64,000 bases of DNA from Candidatus Ryanbacteria bacterium RIFCSPLOWO2_12_FULL_44_26. GTDB taxonomy: Bacteria > Patescibacteriota > Minisyncoccia > Ryanbacterales > HO2-45-13. Location: positions 4,389-68,388 of the forward strand of contig MHOA01000006.1 of NCBI GenBank assembly GCA_001821765.1, in the 5' to 3' direction. This document shows positions 48,432-57,145 of the stretch, piece by piece (positions within the stretch are counted from its first letter, which is position 1; each line of letters begins with the position of its first letter). Below the pieces are notes generated by a model. The model was not told where the DNA came from. It made no database searches and saw only the letters and a list, made by a program, of their open reading frames with translations. The position numbers and the translations under genes are program-made.

Positions 48432-49118
48432 TTGATTTCTCAACTGACGGTGAAACAAGAAAGCGTACGGTCCATTAAACTGAAAACGGCTGATGGCGTT
48501 GAGATTGTTGGCGATTATTTCTCTGGCGTTACGGATCGCGGCGTCCTGCTTTTGCACATGATGCCCGAAACAAGAGAATCATGGGACGAATTTGCTCTTA
48601 TGCTTCAGGAACATGGTTACCACGTTCTTACAATTGACCTAAGAGGGCATGGAGAAAGCGAAAAAGGTCCCGACGGTTATAAACGTTTTTCTGATCAGGA
48701 CCATCAGTCATCGCGTTTAGACGTTGATGCGGCGGTTGATTTTTTAACGGCGTCGGGAGCAAAACACGTTTTCCTCATCGGGGCTTCTATTGGGGCGAAT
48801 CTCGCGCTGCAGCATCTCTGCTCCCACACGGAAATCCCCGCAGCGGTGCTTTTTTCTCCCGGTCTTGATTATAAAGGGATTGAAACCCTTCCGCTTGTAA
48901 AAAAACTCAATCCCCGACAGGCGGCGTTTTTTGTCGGATCACGAGATGACATTCGTAAAGACGGTTGGTCAAATGCGGAAATGGTTGAAGAACTTTATAA
49001 AAATTGCTCGGGCGAGTGTGACATCAAAATATTTGATGACGCCGGTCACGGAATCACGATCTTAAAACGATACCCGTCGTTTGCCGAGGAGATTATGGAG
49101 TGGCTTGAAGGGCGCTAA
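48432..49118 (+). CDS. Alpha/beta hydrolase (start uncertain)
   Basis: DLRGHGES, GASIG nucleophile elbow and C-terminal GHG. Confidence 0.92.
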   Translation: MISQLTVKQESVRSIKLKTADGVEIVGDYFSGVTDRGVLLLHMMPETRESWDEFALMLQEHGYHVLTIDLRGHGESEKGPDGYKRFSDQDHQSSRLDVDAAVDFLTASGAKHVFLIGASIGANLALQHLCSHTEIPAAVLFSPGLDYKGIETLPLVKKLNPRQAAFFVGSRDDIRKDGWSNAEMVEELYKNCSGECDIKIFDDAGHGITILKRYPSFAEEIMEWLEGR

Positions 49119-49173
49119 GCTGTTGGTTCTGCATCTGGCGTCAATTACGAAAAGGTGTATAATATAGCAAGGT

Positions 49174-49977
49174 ATGAGTAAAGAAGTGGTTTTTGATTTG
49201 GAAACCGAAAAATCATTTGATGAAGTTGGCGGGCGCGGCAACGTGCATCTTTTGGGGGTTACGGTGGTCGGCGTCTATGATTACAACTCCGATACATATC
49301 GCGTTTTTGAGAAGGAAGATTTTAAGGCGCTTGCCGATTTTTTTAAGGGAGCAAGCAGAATTATAGGGTTTAATGTTCGGGCGTTTGATGTGCCTGTGCT
49401 TGCTCCGCATGTGGATTTTAATGTTTTTACGCTTCCCTTGCTTGATCTTATGGATGACGTTGAAAAATCCGCTGGGTTTAGGGTTTCTCTTGATAATCTT
49501 TCCAAAGCAACAATCGGGTCCTGCAAAAGCGGCCACGGGCTGGATGCTATTCAGTGGTGGAGAGAGGGCAGAAAAGATGAGGTGAAGAAATATTGCTTAC
49601 AGGATGTTCGATTAACGCGCGATTTATATGAGTTTGGCAAAAAAGAAGGATATGTGTTTTTTGAGTCCCGAACGACAGGCGCTAGGTCCAAACTGCCCGT
49701 TTCTTGGAAGCCAGCGGCGGCGGAGGATGTTTTAAGCGTTTTGCAAAACGGATTTCTGAAACGAAAAACTGTTGCTATAAGCTACCTATCCGCAGCCGGC
49801 GCTTCTTCAACCGAGCGGCTCGTTGATATTTATGCTATAAATCAAAGAACGTTTGAAGGGTATTGCCACTTACGTTCAGCGCGGAGAATCTTTACTATAG
49901 ACGGCGTAACAAGCGCCAAGATTACTGATAATACGTATAAAATTCAGGAAGATGTCCAACAACGACTCATCTCATAA
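49174..49977 (+). CDS. YprB/RNase_H_2-like 3'-5' exonuclease fused to a C-terminal WYL-like domain
   Basis: FDLET, GFN..FD and YCLQD exonuclease motifs; C-terminal ISY...TERLVD...GYCHLR..RRIF.ID. Confidence 0.8.
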   Translation: MSKEVVFDLETEKSFDEVGGRGNVHLLGVTVVGVYDYNSDTYRVFEKEDFKALADFFKGASRIIGFNVRAFDVPVLAPHVDFNVFTLPLLDLMDDVEKSAGFRVSLDNLSKATIGSCKSGHGLDAIQWWREGRKDEVKKYCLQDVRLTRDLYEFGKKEGYVFFESRTTGARSKLPVSWKPAAAEDVLSVLQNGFLKRKTVAISYLSAAGASSTERLVDIYAINQRTFEGYCHLRSARRIFTIDGVTSAKITDNTYKIQEDVQQRLIS

Positions 49978-50470
49978 TGCTGTTTTTTACAACTCTAAAG
50001 GAACAGTGTTCACTCTTGATAATCTTTGTTCTGCGGTAAGGGACTACATTGTGCTCCATCCAAACGATTCGTACGAGATTGTCGTTGGCACCGATTCGCG
50101 CACTTCCGCCAATCACGCGCTGTTTGTAACTTCGCTTGTCGTAAGAAGGGTCGGCAATGGAGGGATATTTTTTTACACGCGCTTTAAAGAAAAGAAGGAA
50201 TATACCATTCGCGAGCGCATCTGGAAAGAAACCATGGTTTCCATTACACTGGCGCAGGAGATACGAAGCCGCATGAAAGAATCTCTCGGAGAGGAAATAT
50301 TCTGGAATAAGCAAATTCAGTTTCATCATATTCATCTTGATGTCGGCGTGAAAGGACCCACACGCGAGCTGGTGGACGGTGTAACCGGCGTGGTGAAAGG
50401 GTTTGGCTTTGTGCCGGTTATTAAGCCGGACTCCTACGGCGCGTTTGTGGTTGCTGATTTGTATACATGA
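49952..50470 (+). CDS. YkuK-family RNase H-like protein
   Basis: VGTDS, RIWKET..S, HLDVG..G.T and IKPDSYGA..VAD motifs. Confidence 0.88.
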   Translation: MSNNDSSHNAVFYNSKGTVFTLDNLCSAVRDYIVLHPNDSYEIVVGTDSRTSANHALFVTSLVVRRVGNGGIFFYTRFKEKKEYTIRERIWKETMVSITLAQEIRSRMKESLGEEIFWNKQIQFHHIHLDVGVKGPTRELVDGVTGVVKGFGFVPVIKPDSYGAFVVADLYT

Positions 50471-50627
50471 ATGTTTTTTATTCTTTCTTTGCAATCCTGA
50501 CGTTTCTTTCATAATTTAAAATAAGAAAGTCGGGATCCCAATCTTGCGTCGGGATGTAATAGTCCCGGCACCACACAGGACGCAGGGCAAACAAAACGCT
50601 GGCTCTTTTGCCCCGCACCAGCCCTGT

Positions 50628-50699
50628 GCCCCCATAGCTCAACGGATAGAGTACGGGTTTCCGGAACCCGGGATCGAGGTTCAATTCCTCGTGGGGGTA
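50628..50699 (+). tRNA. tRNA-Arg(CCG), CCA not encoded
   Basis: Cloverleaf; anticodon arm CGGGT-TTCCGGA-ACCCG; T loop TTCAATT. Confidence 0.96.
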
Positions 50700-50782
50700 T
50701 AGGCATGGTGCGGGGCGGCACTTAAGAGATATGAATCGAGCTCTCTTAAGGCGTTTACTATAATTTGCCCATACAAACAACA

Positions 50783-51277
50783 ATGAAAATAACCCCGATC
50801 AAACAAAAAGATGATTCCGCTTGCGGCCCAACCAGTATCCAGATGGTGCTGGCATACTTTGGATTTTCTTATACATTTGAAATGATCGCAAAAATTTCAC
50901 AGTACAAGAAAAAGGATGGTCTTTCCAATAAAGATCTTGTTAAAACGCTGCGAGTATTACATTTTACCGTTCAAGAAAAAGCAAACGCGACATGGGCTGA
51001 TCTTACGCGATACAATACGGCTGATAAGGCTATCATCGTGTCATGGATGATGTTCGGATATATTGGACACTTTAGTGTTGTTGAAAAAGTTGATAAAAAA
51101 TATATCACCTTGGCAAATCCACACGATGGCAAGCATGCCAAGATGGAGAAAATGGCATTCATGCGCCTCTGGATGGATTATGACGACATGTGGTACCCGA
51201 TAAAAAATACTGACATTCAGCTGCGTTGGATGTGTATTATCTCAAAGAAAGGTAAGAAAAAAGCCCGAGGCAGGTGA
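50783..51277 (+). CDS. Stand-alone C39-like cysteine peptidase
   Basis: Q....ACGPTS..MVL.Y and GHFSVV motifs. Confidence 0.85.
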   Translation: MKITPIKQKDDSACGPTSIQMVLAYFGFSYTFEMIAKISQYKKKDGLSNKDLVKTLRVLHFTVQEKANATWADLTRYNTADKAIIVSWMMFGYIGHFSVVEKVDKKYITLANPHDGKHAKMEKMAFMRLWMDYDDMWYPIKNTDIQLRWMCIISKKGKKKARGR

Positions 51278-51289
51278 ACCGCCTCGGGC
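51263..51289. terminator. Stem-loop at the end of the C39 gene
   Basis: GCCCGAGGC-N9-GCCTCGGGC; the adjacent A tract gives a U tail on the minus strand. Confidence 0.55.
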
Positions 51290-51358
51290 AAGTCGTCTTA
51301 CTGTGATTCATATACCCAACCGAGAGGGCACATCAGAGATTTTTGCTAAAATATGTTC

Positions 51359-51427
51359 AAGCTTGGTCGTATAAATACACCAGAACAAAACTTTTCGGCT
51401 TTTTGGTGTATTTATACGACCAAGCTT
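51359..51427. repeat. 24-bp perfect inverted repeat with a 21-nt spacer
   Basis: AAGCTTGGTCGTATAAATACACCA / TGGTGTATTTATACGACCAAGCTT. Confidence 0.9.
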
Positions 51428-51601
51428 TTAAGCAATCGCAGACACACCCCCATAGTGTCCGCTTCAGGAGCACTACTGCCGGGGTTCGGTTACCCCCCAC
51501 TTTTTACCTATATGTTTTTGCAAATCTGCGCGGAATTGGTATACTTTTTTTGTTGCCGAGGTAGCTGTGTTTTTAACGACGGCTTTTCCCGGTAACATCC
51601 T

Positions 51602-51914
51602 GCTTGGGTAGCTCAGTGGTAGAGCGCTTGCCTGAATCTTCGGGCCATCCCGCAGTAATGCGGGATTGCAAATCGGGTGAAATCGGAGAAACTTCCGCCA
51701 TAAACGGAACAACCCCGAGCCAAGCCGAAGCACATAACGTCTTATGTGCTCGGAAGGTGTAGAGACTATCCCTTTAAGGGAGTACTCCATTAGATGAATG
51801 CAGATTTATTAAATGGGGGAAGCGCCCGACATCCGCCCTAGGCGGATGATGATATAGTCCAAGTTGCTCAGGAAGAGCAAGGCGTCGGGAGTTCGATTCT
51901 CCCCCCAAGCACCA
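51602..51914 (+). tRNA. tRNA-Phe(GAA) interrupted by a group I intron; exons 51602-51633 and 51872-51914
   Basis: Joined exons give a 75-nt cloverleaf: acceptor GCTTGGG/CCCAAGC-A-CCA, anticodon arm CTTGC-CTGAAGA-GCAAG, T arm GGGAG-TTCGATT-CTCCC. Confidence 0.93.
51634..51871 (+). ncRNA. Group I intron (238 nt, IA-like, no homing endonuclease ORF)
   Basis: P1 GCCU^GA/UCGGGC with a U.G pair. P10 UCUUC/GAAGA. P2 with a GUAA loop. P3 UCGGGUG/CGCCCGA. P7 GACUA/UAGUC. P7.1, P7.2 and P8 present. Terminal G. Confidence 0.92.
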
Positions 51915-51927
51915 GTATTAAACTTAT

Positions 51928-52001
51928 GGGCGGCTAGCTCAGTTGGTTAGAGCGTCTCGTTTACACCGAGAAGGCCTCAGGTTCGAATCCTGAGCCGCCC
52001 A
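51928..52001 (+). tRNA. tRNA-Val(TAC), CCA not encoded
   Basis: Cloverleaf; anticodon arm TCTCG-TTTACAC-CGAGA. Confidence 0.96.
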
Positions 52002-52327
52002 TTAAAATTTTCATTACAGCTTCTTTCCAATCCTTATCGTTATCTGCACAGAGCATTTCATCTGTGGCACATTTGTGTTTATTGGCAACTTGCTTGTATA
52101 TTTCTTTTTCATTCTCAAAACGCATTTCGATTTATTTTGAGCCCCAATTTCTAACTACGGCGGGCGTTTAGCGCAAGCCGTCGCTTTTCCATACGAGCTC
52201 TTTTTAAGAATGGAGTACTATAACAACATAACGTGGCCCTATCGCGCGGCATTATGTTATTGTGGTGAAGGTTGGCCATCCGGCACAAAATCAAACACCA
52301 CGCTAGTGTTGCTAGCGTGGTTGGTTG

Positions 52328-52813
52328 TTACTCGTGCTTCACTCGCAGTTTCTGGATTCGTTTTTTGTCCCGTTTTTTAAGACGTATGGTAAGCATGCCG
52401 TTTTTGAGCGTTGCCTGCGCGTCGTCAGCGTCTACTTCCTGCGGAAGGAGGATCGATCGCGCAAAAGACCCCCAATACAGTTCCTGATAGTAATAATCTT
52501 CGTCGGTTGTTTCGTTTAGTCGCTGGCGTCTTCCGCGAATAGTGAGCATGTCTTGAGTGATGGAAACGTCCAAATCATCAAGCCGGACACCCGCCACAAA
52601 TCCCTGTATGACGATCTCATCGGGAGTTTGAAAAACATCAATGGTAAGCTGTCCTTCCTCTTCCTCCGCCCAGTCGTTATTTTTTTCATTTGCCTCTTTT
52701 GCGGTTCTCGCATTCGGGCGAAGCTGTGCGGTTTCTCCTCCCGCTTCGCTATTGCTTTCCACGTTCATACTGCCAGTGAGCCGCTCAAAAAAAGATCTTC
52801 TTTCTTTTGGCAT
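52328..52813 (-). CDS. Hsp20/alpha-crystallin small heat-shock protein
   Basis: IDVFQT, LTIRGRR, WGSFARSILLP and LKNGMLTI motifs. Confidence 0.95.
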   Translation of the reverse strand: MPKERRSFFERLTGSMNVESNSEAGGETAQLRPNARTAKEANEKNNDWAEEEEGQLTIDVFQTPDEIVIQGFVAGVRLDDLDVSITQDMLTIRGRRQRLNETTDEDYYYQELYWGSFARSILLPQEVDADDAQATLKNGMLTIRLKKRDKKRIQKLRVKHE

Positions 52814-52853
52814 GCATGTATTATAGCGTGTAGCGGGCGTATGCAACAAGCAA

Positions 52854-53651
52854 TTAATGAACTATGTGGATAGATCTTTCCGTCCCCAGCGTTTGTGTTT
52901 CGGGCGGGCAGTAGCGTCCGCCGCATCTTTTGGCGGGATGACATGTTTGATGCACCTTTTTTATATGTTCAAATGCAAAAATAACAAAAATCCCTACAAT
53001 TCCAACAAGCACAAGCGCTGGCTTTATGTCCTGACTGCCGGTATTGAGAATAATGATGTTAAATGTCGTATGTATAAGGGTTGCCGCCAAAAGGCCGGTT
53101 ACAAGACTAATACGTTGTCTTGTTTTGCTGTTACAAAACTGGTGTGCGATAAAAAAACCAAGCGTGCCGGAGGCAAGAGTATGAAGCAATGTTGCCCCAA
53201 GAAAACGCAAATTACCCATATCAATTCCCACATATATGCTGGCAGCGAATTCAGGAATGAGATACATGATGTTCTCCGCCGAAGCAAAGCCAAGCGCCGC
53301 TGTCATAAGATATACCATTGCATCTACCGGCTCGTTAAAGTCTTTTCTCCAGAAGATAATTCTTTTTGTAAGCGCATATTTTGACGTTTCCTCAATAAAT
53401 GCCAATCCTAAAAGCGTGGCGAGTCCCGCTGTGACTGGAGAGGAGAAAAGAAACCCAGCGCCACTTTTCCATATGAGCGAAAAAAGGAGCGCCGGAGGAA
53501 TGGCAAGAATTCCTCCCAGAAACGCGTAAAAGAGCAGCCGCTTTGGTTCCGGGTGGCAGTCCTCTTTAATCCAGAAAAACAGCCAAATAAGCGCCGGAAT
53601 AAGCCCCCCGATTACTGCATATGAAAACGACTGCTGTGTTATCTGGGCCAT
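52854..53651 (-). CDS. PrsW-family intramembrane protease
   Basis: EP, EETSK, LGFASAEN, H...S and H..FN motifs. Confidence 0.93.
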   Translation of the reverse strand: MAQITQQSFSYAVIGGLIPALIWLFFWIKEDCHPEPKRLLFYAFLGGILAIPPALLFSLIWKSGAGFLFSSPVTAGLATLLGLAFIEETSKYALTKRIIFWRKDFNEPVDAMVYLMTAALGFASAENIMYLIPEFAASIYVGIDMGNLRFLGATLLHTLASGTLGFFIAHQFCNSKTRQRISLVTGLLAATLIHTTFNIIILNTGSQDIKPALVLVGIVGIFVIFAFEHIKKVHQTCHPAKRCGGRYCPPETQTLGTERSIHIVH

Positions 53652-55732
53652 GTTTCAATAATAAGGAGCTCTTTTTTTTCTTTCGGAAGATTCTCCCAGA
53701 CGCGTTCGGTAACAAAAGGGATAAAAGGATGCAGTACTTTCAGCGAGGAGGCAAGAACCCAAAGCAGCGTTTCGTTGGTCTCTTTTTTGTCCTTTAGTTC
53801 CGGATGTTTTGCGTTTTCCAGATACTGGTCGCAGAACGTATGCCAGAAGAAATCATATATATCGTGCAGCGCCTGACCGAACTCAAAATGTTCAATGTGG
53901 GCGGTGACGCGATCCCGGGACGCTTCAAACGTTTGTATAATGTTTGAGTTTGCATCAAGGGTTGTTTTCGGTTTTGCGTCCGGTATGTTGGAATTTTCTG
54001 TTTGCTGTAAAACAAACCGGCTCGCATTCCATATCTTGTTTAGAAACTTTTTCCCTGCAACCACATGCTCTTCCGCCCAGCGTATGTCCTGCCCCCCCAT
54101 TGCCTGCCAGATAATGCCAAAGCGCGTTGCGTCTGCCCCGTGCTTTTCTATAAGGCGCAAAGGATCAATGCCGGTGCCCAGAGATTTTGACATGCGTTTG
54201 CCTTCGCTGGTGAGAATCGTTGCATGGATCACGAGGTCTTTGAATGGGACCTCGTTTACGAACTCAAGTCCGGAAAAGATCATGCGCGCGTCCCATAAAT
54301 TAATGATTCCACGATCATTGGTGAGGACGTTGGTGGGGTAGTATGTTGCGAGATCTTTTGTTTTCTTCGGCCACCCAAGCGTGACGAATGGCCAAAGAGC
54401 TGAAGAAAACCATGTGTCAAGAACGTCGGTTTCGCCCTCAAGCGGGATGCGATGTCCCCACCAAATTTGACGCGAGATGCACCAGTCGCGAATGTTGTCG
54501 AGCCAGTTGAAGTAAAGTTTTTCCCATCGCTTTGGATGAAAGACCACTTTTCCCGATACCACAGCTTCTCTTGCCTTTTTTGCGAGCTCATCCATTTTCA
54601 AAAACCATTGGTCTGAAAGAAGCGGCTCAAGCACCGTTCCGCAGCGGTAACAGACGGCAACATTGTGGATATAATCTTCTATACGCGAGAGTAGTCCAAT
54701 CGCCTCAAGATCTTTGACAATTTGTTCCCGCGCTTCGCGCACGGCCATGCCCTCATACCGGATGCCGGCTTCATGTGTCATCCGCCCGTCTTCTCCTATA
54801 ACTTTTATGACGGGAACCTCATGATGTCGCTCTTTGATCTCGAAATCGGTGATGTCGTGCGCAGGCGTCACTTTAATCACGCCGCTTCCAAACTCGGGAT
54901 TTGCCGCTTCGTCGGAGATGACTTTTATGGAAATTTCTTTGAGGCGCGGCGCTTCCGTGCGGGGGACGTTGGGGTCGACCGATTGGATCAAGATTTCTTT
55001 CCCCGCATATTGTCTGTACCGCTCGTCATCCGGGTGCACCGCAAGCGCAGTGTCGCCCAGTTTTGTTTCCGGGCGCACCGTGCCGATGATAACAGGACCA
55101 TACTGTATATAATAGAACTTCGTCTTTTCCTCCCGGTATTCAATCTCAAGGTCGGAAAGACTGGTAACACAGCGCGAGCACCAGTTGATCGTGCGCTTTC
55201 CTTTATAGATCCAGCCCTTTTGGTGGTAGTGGAGAAATGCCATTTCAACCGCCTTTTGGTATGCAGTGTCCATGGTAAAGCGCGTGCGCGACCAATCAAG
55301 CGAGGCGCCGAGCTTGCGGAGTTGGTCAAGGATAATTTCGCCGTAGGTTTCTTTCCATTTCCACACGCGCAGAAGGAATTTTTCGCGGCCGAGGTCGTGC
55401 CGTGTTTTGCCTTCTTTTTTAAGTTCTTTCTCCACGACATTTTGCGTTGCAATGCCGGCGTGATCAGTGCCCGGCAGCCATAATACGCGATATCCCCGCA
55501 TCCTTTTGTATCGTATGAGAACGTCTGAAATGATATATTCAAGCGCATGTCCCATATGGAGGGAGCCGGTCACATTCGGCGGCGCCATGGTCATACAAAA
55601 AGGCTGTGTATGTCTTTCGGGGAGATTATCAGGGTTAAAAAGACCGGAATCCTCCCAGCGTTTGTATATGACTTGTTCATGTTCCTTTGGGTCGTACGCC
55701 TTTGAAAACCCCGAGTCTTTCATATGCGTCAT
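53639..55732 (-). CDS. valS: Valine--tRNA ligase (compact, 697 aa)
   Basis: PPNVTGSLHMGH, DHAGIATQ, DWCISRQIWWGH and RMSKS motifs. Confidence 0.97.
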   Translation of the reverse strand: MTHMKDSGFSKAYDPKEHEQVIYKRWEDSGLFNPDNLPERHTQPFCMTMAPPNVTGSLHMGHALEYIISDVLIRYKRMRGYRVLWLPGTDHAGIATQNVVEKELKKEGKTRHDLGREKFLLRVWKWKETYGEIILDQLRKLGASLDWSRTRFTMDTAYQKAVEMAFLHYHQKGWIYKGKRTINWCSRCVTSLSDLEIEYREEKTKFYYIQYGPVIIGTVRPETKLGDTALAVHPDDERYRQYAGKEILIQSVDPNVPRTEAPRLKEISIKVISDEAANPEFGSGVIKVTPAHDITDFEIKERHHEVPVIKVIGEDGRMTHEAGIRYEGMAVREAREQIVKDLEAIGLLSRIEDYIHNVAVCYRCGTVLEPLLSDQWFLKMDELAKKAREAVVSGKVVFHPKRWEKLYFNWLDNIRDWCISRQIWWGHRIPLEGETDVLDTWFSSALWPFVTLGWPKKTKDLATYYPTNVLTNDRGIINLWDARMIFSGLEFVNEVPFKDLVIHATILTSEGKRMSKSLGTGIDPLRLIEKHGADATRFGIIWQAMGGQDIRWAEEHVVAGKKFLNKIWNASRFVLQQTENSNIPDAKPKTTLDANSNIIQTFEASRDRVTAHIEHFEFGQALHDIYDFFWHTFCDQYLENAKHPELKDKKETNETLLWVLASSLKVLHPFIPFVTERVWENLPKEKKELLIIETWPR

Positions 55733-55801
55733 TATGGTTTATTTTTAAGCGTTTTCCAAGCTCATCCAGAGCTTTTTATATTCGGCCATAGCGGCGTTGT
55801 A

Positions 55802-57028
55802 TTATAAACGGAGGTTCCCTTGCGCGTGGAGTTGTTGTGGGTTTGCGAATTTTTTCTTTAGAGCATAAAAGTACGCAGCCGCTCCAATCATTGCGGCGTT
55901 ATCTGTCGTTAATTGTTTCTTTGGAAGAAAAAGTCGTAGCCCCTTATGCATAGCTTTTCGTTTATAGAAGAGCTGTTTTCTTAATTCTGCGTTTGCTGCC
56001 ACGCCCCCGCCCAGAATGAGAGACGCTGCCTTATGTGTTTTTACTGCTCTGGCTGTTTTGGCAATGAGTGTTTCTATAACAGATTCCTGAAACGATGCAG
56101 CAACATCGTTTTTGTTATATGCGGGATGATCGCGTAAGTAATAAAGAACCGCAGTTTTAAGCCCGGAGAAACTGAAGTCGAGAGATTGTGAATGTATCAT
56201 AGGGCGCGGGAACGGAATTGCGTTTTTATTTCCTTTGCGCGCGACGCGTGCTATTTCCGGTCCGCCGGGATATCCGAGCTGAAGCATTCTCGCAACTTTG
56301 TCAAAAACCTCGCCCGCGGCGTCATCTCGCGTCTCTCCAATTACTTTATAATCTAACCATTTTTTTATGAGCACCAGCTCTGTATGGCCTCCCGATACCA
56401 GAAGCGCCAGCGCAGGAAAAGTAATGTTCGTGCTTTGCGCTTTTTTGTTTTTGCCTGCGATGTTTGACTTTTTCCTCCCTCGCTTCGTCTGGCGAAGCCG
56501 GGGACTTTTGATGTTTGTATTGAGGAGTGCGGCGACGATATGCCCTTCCATGTGATTGATTCCCAATATCGGTTTATCCCAAAGCGCTCCGAGCGCTTTT
56601 GCAAAGTTGATGCCAGTCCAAAGCGCCGGCTCCAATCCAGGTCCATATGTTACAGCTATAGCATCAACGCTCGGTGGCGCAAGCGGCAGGATGGATTGTT
56701 TAAAACGCCTGAAAAGTTCCGGCTCGTGTTCCAGGAATGTCTTTATTTTTTGTATTTTCTGATTTGTGAGAGGTGCGGATGCGGGCCGTGGCTTTAAGAA
56801 CATTAATTTTCCTTTCATAAGAGCGGCCTTTAAAACAAGGGAGAGGTTTCGTTCGTGTTCGCGCCTAGCAAGGTTCGGCACTACACCACCCCACTTGGAA
56901 TGAACGCGCGCTTGAGAAGCCACGGCATTCGAAAGAATCCCAAAAGTGGGGCTGGTAAACCCTCCCCACCCTTCTATAACGGCGATCGCAGTTTCATCGC
57001 ACGATGTTTCAATGGCGAGAATTTTCAT
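55802..57028 (-). CDS. tsaD: t6A N6-threonylcarbamoyltransferase, with two insertions
   Basis: IETSCDET, HMEGH, VSGGHT, DDAAGE, SFSGLKT and DNAAMI motifs. Confidence 0.97.
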   Translation of the reverse strand: MKILAIETSCDETAIAVIEGWGGFTSPTFGILSNAVASQARVHSKWGGVVPNLARREHERNLSLVLKAALMKGKLMFLKPRPASAPLTNQKIQKIKTFLEHEPELFRRFKQSILPLAPPSVDAIAVTYGPGLEPALWTGINFAKALGALWDKPILGINHMEGHIVAALLNTNIKSPRLRQTKRGRKKSNIAGKNKKAQSTNITFPALALLVSGGHTELVLIKKWLDYKVIGETRDDAAGEVFDKVARMLQLGYPGGPEIARVARKGNKNAIPFPRPMIHSQSLDFSFSGLKTAVLYYLRDHPAYNKNDVAASFQESVIETLIAKTARAVKTHKAASLILGGGVAANAELRKQLFYKRKAMHKGLRLFLPKKQLTTDNAAMIGAAAYFYALKKKFANPQQLHAQGNLRL

Positions 57029-57145
57029 AGCAGGCTTTGCGTTGGCAACTTCGCGGGTACCAGCGACTGTCGCTTTCTATTATACCGTTGCGCTATCTTA
57101 TGGCGAGATGTATGATATCAATATACACGTAACGAGTATTACATT

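Noticed and set aside
50585-50622. Riboswitch-like pseudoknot (GGGCAAA/TTTGCCC plus GCTGG/CCAGC)
   Set aside because: It matches no preQ1 or SAM-II consensus I recognise, and it precedes a tRNA rather than a metabolic gene.
51634-51636. Alternative splice position after GAA (36/37)
   Set aside because: Both the intron and exon 2 start with GAA, but only 33/34 gives a U at the 5' site, a terminal G and an intact P10.
51473-51790. ORF overlapping the intron as a homing endonuclease
   Set aside because: It is antisense, has no LAGLIDADG, GIY-YIG or HNH motif, and the intron is only 238 nt.
51961-52125. 54-aa minus-strand ORF running into tRNA-Val(TAC)
   Set aside because: No motif and it overlaps the tRNA antisense; it may be a gene remnant but cannot be supported.
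54722-55548. Long alternative-frame ORFs inside valS, and similar ones inside other core genes
   Set aside because: They are fully nested in well-supported genes and have no independent motifs.
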